From a virus: a DNA stretch of 64,000 bases. The position numbers were made by a program, and so were the translations under genes. The notes beneath the pieces are model-generated. The model did not search any database. It had not been told where the DNA came from and was given only the letters and a program-made list of their open reading frames with translations. Shown one piece after another: positions 29,166-38,337 of the stretch (position 1 is its first letter; each line of letters opens with the position of its first letter). The stretch lies in IMG/VR virus record IMGVR_UViG_3300035181_001974, one strand, 5' to 3'.

Positions 29166-29198
29166 CATAGCGATTCCACACCGTAGAGGAGAACGGTA

Positions 29199-32100
29199 AT
29201 GCCCGAGCAGACTTTCAGGTCGCCCAACTTTTTCGAGCGCGAGATTGACATTTCGACCCCGACACCCGTCGGTCCGGTCGGAACGCCTGCCGGCGTTGTC
29301 GGCACCGCAAACAGGGGACCTGCGTTCGTCCCTGTCACGGTCGGGAACTTCGATCAGTTCATTGCCACATTCGGCAACCTTGATCCAAAGCTCTTTGGTC
29401 CGTATGCGGTCAACGAGTTTCTAAAGCATCGCAGCGCATTGACCTATCTCAGGGTCCTGGGCGCGGGTGCCAACGCAACGCAGTCAGACATCGCCAACAC
29501 GTTGCAGACGGGTCGAGTTCTCTCGGCTGGCATGCACCTGGATGGCACTCCGGCCGTTGACGACAAGCTGGGCCGCCACAACGGCGCAATCCAGTTCTTG
29601 GCAGCTCAGCACACCTTGCAGAGCGATGAGGCCTATGGAATCCCGATGTTCACGGACAACGATTCCTACTCGGGATCGACCGTCAACCTGGTCCGCGGCA
29701 TGGTGATGCTGCCGACCACCGCGCGCCTCATGGTCCTGGATGGCAACGGCACCGCCGTCGGCGCCTTCAACGGCAGCAACGTTGACTCGGCCTTGATGGT
29801 TGGTGGCAAGTTCAAACTCGCGATTTCTTCGACCTTGGGCAATGCCTTCTGGAACACGGATGGCAACCCGGGCGTCAGGATCTTCACGGCCTCACTTAAT
29901 CCGACGAGCCCAGACTACTTCGCCAAGATCTTGAACACGGATCCTGACAAGTTCGTCCAGGAGCAGCACCTGGTCTATGCAGACTTCCCGGTCGATGATG
30001 AGCTCGCCACTGCGACTGTGGTCGGCGTCCTCTCGGGCTCCAACAACACCAGCAGCACCTCGGGTGACAAGACCCTTCCGATGAGGAAGGTCTTTGGAGC
30101 CTTCGACACGCGTTACCGTGCACCGTCCACGACGTACTTCATCTCGCAGCCATTCGGCACGACAGAGTACGACCTCTTCAAGTTCGAGGCATTGGACGAC
30201 GGCGAATACGCCAACAACCTCTTCAAGATCGCCATCACGGACCTCAAGGCTTCGCTGGACGATTCCAACCCGTACGGCACCTTCACCGTCCAGATCCGCG
30301 ATTGGAACGACACGGACACCAATCCGTTGGTCCTGGAGATGTTCCCAGGCTGTTCACTGGATCCGATGTCAGATCACTACATCGGCAAGTTGATCGGCGA
30401 TCGCAAGGTCAGCTATAACTTTGACACGACGTTGGACTCTGAACGCCGCGTGGTCGCCACAGGCAAGTACCCGAACGTCTCGCAGTATGTCCGCGTTGTC
30501 ATCGCGGACCAGGTTGAGCGTGCTTTGGTGCCTCAGAAGTCGCTACCCTTCGGCTTCCGCGGCGCGGTGGTCCCGAAGACCAACGACCTGTTGACCGACG
30601 CTTCACCGTCTTCCGCCACTGCACGGTTGGCTGGCGTCCTGGGCGTGGGTTCCGCGTCTTCCCTGTCGGGTTCGATCATCCCGCCCGTTCCTTTCCGCAC
30701 CAAGGTGACGAAGGGCGATGCTCCGGCCGGCGCAGCCTGGCTTGGCCAGCCCGGTTCGACTGAGCTGACACTCAGCCAGTTCTACTGGGGCGTCAAGTTT
30801 GAGCGCAACACTCTGCCGCTCAATCCCAACCTCATCAACGACAAGAACGGTCTGCTCGAGTCGTACACCAAGTTCATGGGCATTCCTAAGTTGGACGCCT
30901 TGGTCTCTGGCTCGGGCGCAGACCAACTGAACAACAACAAGTTCACGTTGGCGAAGGTTGCACTGTCCAATGGTGCCCTGACTGACATCACCTCGTCGGT
31001 TCAGGATCACATGAAGGAAGCAGCTTACATCCGTAACGGCAAGCTCGACCTGACCAACTACACCATCAAGGATCCGGTCCTCGGACCGCGTGTCACATTG
31101 GCCACCTTGTTGGCTCAAGGCAGCGCCTCGGACTTCAATCGCTTTTCGCAGTTCACCAAGTTCATCACCTTCATGGCTGGTGGCTGGGACGGCGTCAATG
31201 TTCTCGACCGCGATGCGAGGAGGATGAATGACAAGGCCTCGTCCTTCGACGCTGGCGGCGGTGCTGCGGTCGGTTACTCGGCGCCTGGTCTGGGTTACAA
31301 CCCGACCGGGACGGGTCAGCAGAATGCGACGGTCGCTTCCTACAAGACGGCAATCGACATCATGACTGATCCTCTGGTCGTCAACACGAACATCCTGGCG
31401 TTGCCGGGCATCCGCGAGAGCTTTATCACAGAGTATGCCCTCAACAAGGTCCGCGACTACGGTCTGGCCTACTACGTGATGGACATCCCATCCTACGATG
31501 ATTCCTCGAACCGTCTGTACGATGACTCGGCAGCACGGCCCTCGATCGATCAGACGGCAAACCAGTTCGATGCTCGAGCGTTGGACAATAACTACGCTGG
31601 CACGTACTACCCGGACGTCTTCGTTGACGATGCGACCAACCGCCGCCGCGTCAAGGTTCCGGCCTCGGTCGCCGCCATGGGTGCCTTGGCCTTCAACGAT
31701 CGCGTTGCCTACCCATGGTTCGCGCCTGCCGGCTTCAACCGCGCAGCGCTGGACTTTGTCACCAACGTCAGCGTGCGTCTCAATGTGCCCGATCGTGACA
31801 GGCTCTACGATTCACGAATCAACCCGATCGCAACCTTCCCGAGGCTAGGCTTCGTCATCTATGGCCAGAAGACGTTGCAGATCAACAAGTCGGCACTCGA
31901 CAGGGTCAACGTCCGTCGCCTCCTCCTGGAGGTCAAGCGCATCATCATGGGTATCGCTCAGAAGCTGGTCTTTGAGCAGAACACCCCCGAGGTGCGTAAC
32001 AAGTTCGTGGCCGACGCAATCCTGCAACTAGGTCTAATTCAGTCCCAGGCTGGCGTGGAAGCGTTCCAAGTTATCATGAACGAGACGAACAACACGCAGG

Positions 32101-32213
32101 AAGACATCGACCTCAACCGCCTCCGCGGTCGGATCGTCGTGGTGCCGACGAGGGTCATCGAGTATATCGCGATCGACTTCATCATCACTAACAGCGGCGT
32201 CCAGTTCGTGTGA
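29199..32213 (+). CDS. Tail sheath protein, paralog 1 (1004 aa)
   Basis: N-terminus ...FRSPNFFEREIDISTP...GTANRGPAFVPV...FG matches the T4 gp18 N-terminal pattern (SPGIELKET...GKFQWGPAF...FG). C-terminus GQKTLQ...DRVNVRRLL...NETNNTQEDIDLNRLRG...V.P.R matches the sheath C-terminal domain. Confidence 0.85.
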   Translation: MPEQTFRSPNFFEREIDISTPTPVGPVGTPAGVVGTANRGPAFVPVTVGNFDQFIATFGNLDPKLFGPYAVNEFLKHRSALTYLRVLGAGANATQSDIANTLQTGRVLSAGMHLDGTPAVDDKLGRHNGAIQFLAAQHTLQSDEAYGIPMFTDNDSYSGSTVNLVRGMVMLPTTARLMVLDGNGTAVGAFNGSNVDSALMVGGKFKLAISSTLGNAFWNTDGNPGVRIFTASLNPTSPDYFAKILNTDPDKFVQEQHLVYADFPVDDELATATVVGVLSGSNNTSSTSGDKTLPMRKVFGAFDTRYRAPSTTYFISQPFGTTEYDLFKFEALDDGEYANNLFKIAITDLKASLDDSNPYGTFTVQIRDWNDTDTNPLVLEMFPGCSLDPMSDHYIGKLIGDRKVSYNFDTTLDSERRVVATGKYPNVSQYVRVVIADQVERALVPQKSLPFGFRGAVVPKTNDLLTDASPSSATARLAGVLGVGSASSLSGSIIPPVPFRTKVTKGDAPAGAAWLGQPGSTELTLSQFYWGVKFERNTLPLNPNLINDKNGLLESYTKFMGIPKLDALVSGSGADQLNNNKFTLAKVALSNGALTDITSSVQDHMKEAAYIRNGKLDLTNYTIKDPVLGPRVTLATLLAQGSASDFNRFSQFTKFITFMAGGWDGVNVLDRDARRMNDKASSFDAGGGAAVGYSAPGLGYNPTGTGQQNATVASYKTAIDIMTDPLVVNTNILALPGIRESFITEYALNKVRDYGLAYYVMDIPSYDDSSNRLYDDSAARPSIDQTANQFDARALDNNYAGTYYPDVFVDDATNRRRVKVPASVAAMGALAFNDRVAYPWFAPAGFNRAALDFVTNVSVRLNVPDRDRLYDSRINPIATFPRLGFVIYGQKTLQINKSALDRVNVRRLLLEVKRIIMGIAQKLVFEQNTPEVRNKFVADAILQLGLIQSQAGVEAFQVIMNETNNTQEDIDLNRLRGRIVVVPTRVIEYIAIDFIITNSGVQFV

Positions 32214-32235
32214 TGAACAAATCCGAACTGTGAAA

Positions 32236-32282
32236 TGCGGCCCTAACTAGCAGCTTGGCTCTAGTTTAGGGCCGCTTTCTTT
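32236..32282 (+). terminator. Rho-independent terminator between the two sheath genes
   Basis: Long hairpin GCGGCCCTAACTAG ... CTAGTTTAGGGCCGC followed by TTTCTTTCG. Confidence 0.6.
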
Positions 32283-32307
32283 CGCGGTATGGATTGCAAA
32301 ACGATCT

Positions 32308-32316
32308 GATACTTAC
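32308..32316 (+). promoter_or_regulatory. GATACTTAC motif upstream of sheath gene 2, downstream of the inter-sheath terminator
   Basis: Recurrent motif; a terminator followed by this motif suggests an independent transcription start. Confidence 0.3.
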
Positions 32317-32336
32317 AACGCAGAGGCTACGAGAAG

Positions 32337-35300
32337 ATGGCACAGCTAAAGTTCGGAAGCGCTGGCGTGACGGCAAGGGAAATCGATCTTTCGGGTCCAG
32401 TGACCCAGGAACCAGTCGGTGTTCCCGCAGGCGTTATTGGCACGGCAGTGAAAGGACCTGCATTCATCCCGGTCACCGTCGGCACGATCGATGACTTCTA
32501 CGCCAAGTTCGGTAAGACCGACGGCAAGAAGTTCGGCCCGTTGGCTGTCACTGAGTGGATGCGCAAGGCGCAGGCAGTGACCTATCTCAGGGTCCTGGGC
32601 GCAGGCGATGGCCGCACGCGGAATGATGACGGCTCGGTCAACGGCGCTGGTTTCACTGTCGGACAGCAGTTGCCGCGCGCCTCAGATGGCACGCTGGACG
32701 GTAACCCGTACGCCAATTCGGGCGCTTTGGGTTCTCCTCTGGGTCGAGCCTACTTCCTCGGCGCGTTCATGTCAGAGTCTGCTGGTTCGACTATCTTCTC
32801 GTCGGCCGGCATCCAAGGATTGGGTTCAACGACTCCCGGTGCAGACACTGCCGCGGTCATCGTTCGAGGCATGCTGATGGCCCCCTCGGGCGTTATCCTC
32901 CGCGTGTCTTCTTCGACAGCCGGTAACTCTTCAGCCCCTCCGTCGAACCTCGTTGCTACCGATGGCACCGCTCACGGTGGCTTGGTCGGCACCGTCGTCC
33001 TGATGGACGCAGGTGTCGCAAAGTCGGACTTCGTGCTGCTGTTGAACGGTCACCAGGGAACGGACCCGCTGTACCCGAACGTTATCACGGCTTCGTTCGA
33101 CATGACGAGCCCGAACTACTTTGCCAACGTCCTGAACACGGATCCCTACAAGATTCAGCAGGCTGGTCACTTCCTGTATGCATCCTGGGACGTTCACCCT
33201 GCTACTGCAGTGGTCACCGGCTCGGGCCTCGTTTCCGCGCTGTCAGGTGCAGGTGCGGCCACGGCGCCCAAACCGGGTGCTGAAACTGCTGTCTTCCTGA
33301 CGACAGCTTCTCTTGCACGCAACGTTGGTTCGAGCACGGTCCCGAACTACGAGGCCTTCACTGATCGTTTCAGCCACGCTAAGTCCCCGTGGATCATCTC
33401 GCAGAAGTTTGGTGGCTCGCCTTCCAATCTCTTCCGGTTGCATGCTCTGGATGCCGGCGCCAATGTCTCGACGCTATACAAGATCTCGATCGAGAACATC
33501 ACCCCGTCGACGGACCCAGCCAACAAGTTTGGTTCCTTCGACCTGGTTCTCCGCGACTGGAACGACCGCGATGCTGCTCAGCAGCCGCTGGAACAGTTCC
33601 GCGGCGTCAACTTGGATCCGAGCTCGGATCGCTACATCGCCAAGATTGTCGGCGATGCTCACGTGTTCTTCGACTTCGACCGCGCCGAGCCGGCCCAGAA
33701 GATCGTCTTCGACGGCAACTACCCGGCACAGTCGAACCTCGTCCGCGTCGAGGTCGATCTTGGGGTTGAGAACGGCACCGTCGATCCGACGGCACTGCCC
33801 ATGGGCTTCCGCGGCGTCGAGCACCTCGTCACCTCTGGCTCTGCTCCTCTGACAAGCGTCACTGACGGCAGCTTGACTGCGGCCACCTACCTGAAGCGCG
33901 CAATCGAGCCGCCGCTGCCGATGCGTTCCAACATCACCGCAGGTTCTGGCGCCAAGGTCCAAGTCAACCCATTGCTCTACTGGGGCGTCCAGTTCGAGCA
34001 CGTGGCCAGCCTGGCGACTCCGAATGCATCGACCTTGAAGAACGCTTCGTTGAAGTCGTTTGCCAAGTACTTCCCGGACTTCTCGGAGATCAACCAGAAC
34101 GTGTCTGTCGGTGACAACACCGGCGCGGTCGACACCGGCGCGTGGGGCATCATTGATGCCGACAGGTTCTGCAACAACCTGTTCACCCTCGAGAACCTGC
34201 AGGTCGTCACGGCATCCACGACGTTGGCTGACCCGACGCAGTGGGTCTCAGCACAGTACGTGCGTGGTGGTGCGATCACGGCTAACGATGCCAACAAGAC
34301 GCGGGCCTTCAAGACAGACGATCTCGTCCAGGCCAACCGTCGGTTCGCCAAGTTCAGCTTCCTATTGCAAGGCGGCTTCGACGGAATCCTACTGTTCGAC
34401 AAGGACTCAGCAGAGATCAACAACGCAGCCATCACGGCTGACATGAACGCCACCAACCGTGGCAGGGACCAGGGCTCAAACGTCCGGACCTACGCCAAGG
34501 CGCTGGAAATCATGAAGAACGTGGTGAACACAGACATCCAGTTGCTGGCGATCCCTGGCATCCGTCACCCGATCGTCACCAACGCAGCGGCTGACGCGGT
34601 CAAGGAACGGTTTGATGCTCTCTACATCATGGACATCGAGCAGTTCGACAACACTGACACTGAGGTCTTCACTGATTCGCAGCTGCCGTCTGTCACCTAC
34701 ACCGCCAACTCGTTCGCCAACCGCGCGATGGACAACAACTTCGCCGCTGCCTACTTCCCAGACGTGGTGATGCCGGATCCTAACACCAAGACCAACGTCG
34801 TCGCGCCACCTTCTGTCGCGGTCCTCGGCGCCCTGGCCTTGAATGATGCGGTCGGTCACCCCTGGTTTGCTCCAGCCGGTGTCACCCGCGGTGCGTTGCC
34901 GACTGTCCTCGAGGCCCGTGTTCAGCTGTCGAAGCCTAACATGGACGCACTCTACGATGTCGCCATCAACCCATTGGTCGCCTTCCCGGGAACTGCCGTC
35001 GGTGGCACCAACCCGAAGGGCGGCGTGGTGGTTTGGGGTCAGAAGACCCTGCAGGCCGCGGCCTCGGCTCTCGATCGCGTCAACGTTCGCAGGTTGCTGA
35101 TCGAGATCCGCCGCCAGGTCCGCGACATCTCGCAGACGATCATTTTCGAGCCCAACAGGGCTGCCACCCTGGCCCGCTTCACGGCCGCGGTTACCCCGCG
35201 TCTGCAGCGCATCCAGGCTCAGGCGGGCCTCGAGCGGTTCAAGGTTATTATCGACTCCAGCACCACGACGCAGCAGGACATCGAGAACAACACGATCCGC

Positions 35301-35384
35301 GGTAAGATCTATGTCCAGCCGACCAAGTCGATCGAGTTCGTCTCCTTGGACTTCGTGGTCACCAACAACATCACCCAGCAGTGA
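32337..35384 (+). CDS. Tail sheath protein, paralog 2 (1015 aa)
   Basis: Same N-terminal (ITAREIDLSGP...GTAVKGPAFIPV...FG) and C-terminal (GQKTLQ...DRVNVRRLL...TTQQDIENNTIRG...V.P) sheath signatures as paralog 1. Both genes are preceded by GATACTTAC. Confidence 0.85.
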   Translation: MAQLKFGSAGVTAREIDLSGPVTQEPVGVPAGVIGTAVKGPAFIPVTVGTIDDFYAKFGKTDGKKFGPLAVTEWMRKAQAVTYLRVLGAGDGRTRNDDGSVNGAGFTVGQQLPRASDGTLDGNPYANSGALGSPLGRAYFLGAFMSESAGSTIFSSAGIQGLGSTTPGADTAAVIVRGMLMAPSGVILRVSSSTAGNSSAPPSNLVATDGTAHGGLVGTVVLMDAGVAKSDFVLLLNGHQGTDPLYPNVITASFDMTSPNYFANVLNTDPYKIQQAGHFLYASWDVHPATAVVTGSGLVSALSGAGAATAPKPGAETAVFLTTASLARNVGSSTVPNYEAFTDRFSHAKSPWIISQKFGGSPSNLFRLHALDAGANVSTLYKISIENITPSTDPANKFGSFDLVLRDWNDRDAAQQPLEQFRGVNLDPSSDRYIAKIVGDAHVFFDFDRAEPAQKIVFDGNYPAQSNLVRVEVDLGVENGTVDPTALPMGFRGVEHLVTSGSAPLTSVTDGSLTAATYLKRAIEPPLPMRSNITAGSGAKVQVNPLLYWGVQFEHVASLATPNASTLKNASLKSFAKYFPDFSEINQNVSVGDNTGAVDTGAWGIIDADRFCNNLFTLENLQVVTASTTLADPTQWVSAQYVRGGAITANDANKTRAFKTDDLVQANRRFAKFSFLLQGGFDGILLFDKDSAEINNAAITADMNATNRGRDQGSNVRTYAKALEIMKNVVNTDIQLLAIPGIRHPIVTNAAADAVKERFDALYIMDIEQFDNTDTEVFTDSQLPSVTYTANSFANRAMDNNFAAAYFPDVVMPDPNTKTNVVAPPSVAVLGALALNDAVGHPWFAPAGVTRGALPTVLEARVQLSKPNMDALYDVAINPLVAFPGTAVGGTNPKGGVVVWGQKTLQAAASALDRVNVRRLLIEIRRQVRDISQTIIFEPNRAATLARFTAAVTPRLQRIQAQAGLERFKVIIDSSTTTQQDIENNTIRGKIYVQPTKSIEFVSLDFVVTNNITQQ

Positions 35385-35397
35385 TTGAGAGCTGACA

Positions 35398-35610
35398 GTG
35401 AAGATCACTTCACAAAAGCTGCGTAAGATCATCAAGGAAGAAGCCGGCAGGGCTGAGTTGATCAGCACCCTGTCGGCCGCCTTCGCGGCCACGCTCAAGT
35501 CTCGCGTTTTGAACATGGTCAACAGGATGACGTTTGAGACTGCAGAAGCCCTGGGCGACGGGCCTTTCGAGCGTTCTCGATTTGAGGACATTGTCGCGCG
35601 CGCGCCCTGA
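35398..35610 (+). CDS. Small protein with a CTS-like N-terminus (family member 3), GTG start
   Basis: N-terminus VKITSQKLRKIIKEE. Confidence 0.45.
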   Translation: MKITSQKLRKIIKEEAGRAELISTLSAAFAATLKSRVLNMVNRMTFETAEALGDGPFERSRFEDIVARAP

Positions 35611-35636
35611 TGGTCAAATTCAGCGGGAAATAACAG

Positions 35637-35987
35637 ATGAAGATCACCCAAAAGCAGCTCCGTCAGATCATCCGTGAGACACTTGAAGAGCAGGAGCTCG
35701 ACGAGATCACGATGGAACAAGGCAAGGTCCAGGCTCCTCTGCAGGCGCTCCACGGGAGTCTATCGTCTGCTAAACAGGCGCTCGGCAAGGCGGGTGCCAA
35801 GAAGGCGATCTCTGAGTTGCTGCAGAATGCTGGCCCGGGCAGCGACGTCATGGACAAGGCGCAGAAGCTATTGAGGGCAATCACTCAGATCGAGTCCAAC
35901 ATCGATGCTGTGATGAAGTGGCTTGGCAATCCCCAAAGCACGGCCTTGACGAAGGATCCTTGGGCCCATGTTGGTAAGCACGGCTGA
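35637..35987 (+). CDS. Small protein with a CTS-like N-terminus (family member 4)
   Basis: N-terminus MKITQKQLRQIIRET. Confidence 0.55.
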   Translation: MKITQKQLRQIIRETLEEQELDEITMEQGKVQAPLQALHGSLSSAKQALGKAGAKKAISELLQNAGPGSDVMDKAQKLLRAITQIESNIDAVMKWLGNPQSTALTKDPWAHVGKHG

Positions 35988-36217
35988 TGCGACTCATTTC
36001 TCCGAATAGGCTCCGCGAGCTGATCAGAGAGGCAGCATTGCAGCTGCGTGATGAGGGGTTCGTGCCCACTGAGGTCGTACCGCTCGCTGAGTCTGTGTCC
36101 GACCCGCGTGTATCTCGCATTACCGAACAGGAGCTACACCGTCTAGTAAAAGAAGAATTTTCGAGGGCCATTCTTGGGTCTCAAGTCGGGCTTCTGAAGC
36201 CGAGCAAGAGCGGTTGA
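35987..36217 (+). CDS. Small protein with a CTS-like N-terminus (family member 5)
   Basis: N-terminus MRLISPNRLRELIREA. Confidence 0.5.
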   Translation: MRLISPNRLRELIREAALQLRDEGFVPTEVVPLAESVSDPRVSRITEQELHRLVKEEFSRAILGSQVGLLKPSKSG

Positions 36218-36218
36218 G

Positions 36219-36350
36219 ATGAAGGCAACCATTGGACAGATCAGAAGGATCATTCGCGAAAAACTTGAGGCCGGTCGACAGGACTTTGCCGGCGCCCTCG
36301 ATGCCGTGATGGACAATGTCACAGGCAGCTTGAGATCGCTCACCAGCTAG
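36219..36350 (+). CDS. Small protein with a CTS-like N-terminus (family member 6, 43 aa)
   Basis: N-terminus MKATIGQIRRIIREK. Missing from the track because it is shorter than 60 aa. Confidence 0.4.
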   Translation: MKATIGQIRRIIREKLEAGRQDFAGALDAVMDNVTGSLRSLTS

Positions 36351-36504
36351 CACCTGAAGGCGCGGCCCGTGTTGTCATCATGTGTCTACACAGCGACCCA
36401 TTCAACAAGACGGCAGAAGTTCGTGGTTGTGTTTCCAAGCTGAAGGCGACGTCCAAAAGAACGAGTCGCGCACTCTACGTCATAGAGGATGAATTGACAA
36501 GGTC

Positions 36505-36514
36505 GAATATTTAG
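36505..36514 (+). promoter_or_regulatory. GAATATTTAG motif upstream of the tail tube gene
   Basis: Variant of the recurrent motif (also at 12382-12391 and 13863-13872). Confidence 0.2.
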
Positions 36515-36535
36515 AGTTGGTGACAGGAGAATACC

Positions 36536-37027
36536 ATGCCAGCTGAGACACTTGACGTTACATCGATGCTGCCCAACAAGTTCGAGCCGAAGCGCAAGAA
36601 CCGTTGGGTCCTCATGATCGAAGGCCTCGACGCCTACATCATCAAGACGACCTCACGACCGACGGTGGCCACCGAAGAGGTCGAGATTCCATTCATCAAT
36701 TCACGCCGCTACCTGGCCGGCAAGACGACGTTCAACACCATTCCGGTGACGTTGCACGATCCGATTGCACCGTCCGGCGCGCAGCAGGTGATGGAGTGGA
36801 TCCGTACGTGCTACGAGAGCGTCTCGGGCCGTGCTGGTTACGCTGACTTCTACAAGCGTGACGTCCAGTTGAAGCTGCTGGATCCCGTGGGCACCGTCGT
36901 GGAACTTTGGGACATCAAGGGTGCATTCTGCACCGAGGTCAACTTCGGTGAACTGACGTATGAAGACGGCGGCCCGGCTGAGATCAGCCTAACACTGCGC
37001 TTCGACAACGCGTGCCTGCAATTCTAA
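36536..37027 (+). CDS. Tail tube protein
   Basis: 163 aa. Lies immediately downstream of the sheath genes. Strong RBS GGAGA. Size and composition fit tube proteins. Confidence 0.6.
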   Translation: MPAETLDVTSMLPNKFEPKRKNRWVLMIEGLDAYIIKTTSRPTVATEEVEIPFINSRRYLAGKTTFNTIPVTLHDPIAPSGAQQVMEWIRTCYESVSGRAGYADFYKRDVQLKLLDPVGTVVELWDIKGAFCTEVNFGELTYEDGGPAEISLTLRFDNACLQF

Positions 37028-37084
37028 ATCGCTTTCGACTTCTGTCGAAGATACAGGTTATGGGTCCATGGTACAATGCTGCCG

Positions 37085-37225
37085 ATGGACCCTTCCTCGT
37101 TTAAGTGTCCTAAGTGCGCGGATTATGAAATCGACAACCTCGATTCACTTCGAATCCATTGCCAAAAGAAACACAAACTTACGTCGCGTGATCTTTATGT
37201 TGCTCTCTTTTGCAAGAACGTGTAG
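37085..37225 (+). CDS. Mini-ORF (46 aa) with a C2H2-type zinc-finger-like motif
   Basis: MDPSSFKCPKCADYEIDNLDSLRIHCQKKHKL... gives C-x2-C-x13-H-x4-H. Lies in a lower-GC island. No clear RBS. Confidence 0.25.
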   Translation: MDPSSFKCPKCADYEIDNLDSLRIHCQKKHKLTSRDLYVALFCKNV

Positions 37226-37585
37226 CCAGAGTGCGCTTGTGGGTGCGGTCAAATTCCTAAATTCTGGACGTTGCAGACCGGTTTCGCTAAGTATGTCCAT
37301 GGTCATCATTCACGAGTGAAGAATAATTGGGGGCACAACCAAGGAACGCTTTGTGGAGGTTCTCCAGAAAGCCCGGGAGATCTTGGGCGATGTGACGGAA
37401 GACTTCGTAACCCATCAAGCTTACGTCCATTGGGTTGCTGATTATCATGCTGCCCATGAGGTCTCCGGCATCGTCCTGAGTTCCGACTGTCATGAGCTGG
37501 CACATCACCATAGTTAAAGACATCAGGGATCGTCGATTCTCCTGTCACCGCAAAGGCGACGATCTTTCTGGCGAGGGCTCCTATA

Positions 37586-37891
37586 TTGGGGGCCTTCGTG
37601 CTATTTACGATCATGCTGCGCTTCAGACACCTCATCAAGGCACTGGTCAAGGAACACCTCGCGAGCGTACCGCGGAAGATGCCTTACGATGAGATGGCAC
37701 CAATCCTCGACGATCTAGCCGTGCGATACCAGTCGGGTGAACTGTCACAGCACGAGTACGACAGGGAGTATGAGGAAGTCCTGCGGGCCTCTGGTTGGTC
37801 GCCCCTCGAGTTTGAGCAGGAAATTGACAGGCGGTGGGACTTTGTCGACCAGCTCAAGGCCGTCCCGCCAAAGGTACGTTACCGCAACTGA
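37586..37891 (+). CDS. Hypothetical protein (101 aa)
   Basis: ORF with a plausible hydrophobic N-terminus. Confidence 0.4.
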   Translation: MGAFVLFTIMLRFRHLIKALVKEHLASVPRKMPYDEMAPILDDLAVRYQSGELSQHEYDREYEEVLRASGWSPLEFEQEIDRRWDFVDQLKAVPPKVRYRN

Positions 37892-37916
37892 CCGTATGTA
37901 AGCCCGCGGGCGGGAG

Positions 37917-38261
37917 GTGTACCATGAACTCATGGATCAAGGTCGAGCAGAGCTGCACGGCATGGGGAGCCTGAAAATGCCAACTTGGGTTAAAAGGCAC
38001 ATCGGGCCGACACCTCAAGAGGTGGCAGGAAAAATCATCAGATACTTCCACAAGGTATCCCGCCCCGTCTATTTGGGTGAAATCTCGCTCGAGATCGGCT
38101 TCAATCTTCCTCGAACTGAGTCATACGTTGACGACCTGGTCCACGAGGGCCTCATTCGCCGGGCGACCAAAGAAGAGATTGCGAGGGTCGATGGAGTGAC
38201 GGGCGCCAACGTCTTTGTCTTGATCGGTCCGTCGTCCGTCAAATTGGCTCACATGCCATAG
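37917..38261 (+). CDS. Hypothetical protein, possible winged-helix; start uncertain
   Basis: ORF; GGGAGGTG sits just upstream. Confidence 0.4.
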   Translation: MYHELMDQGRAELHGMGSLKMPTWVKRHIGPTPQEVAGKIIRYFHKVSRPVYLGEISLEIGFNLPRTESYVDDLVHEGLIRRATKEEIARVDGVTGANVFVLIGPSSVKLAHMP

Positions 38262-38337
38262 ACGGCCGACACGTGTGCCAGGTCCCTATTTACGCAGTGG
38301 TGACAGGAGGGTAAGATCACCACACAAGGGACCACAA

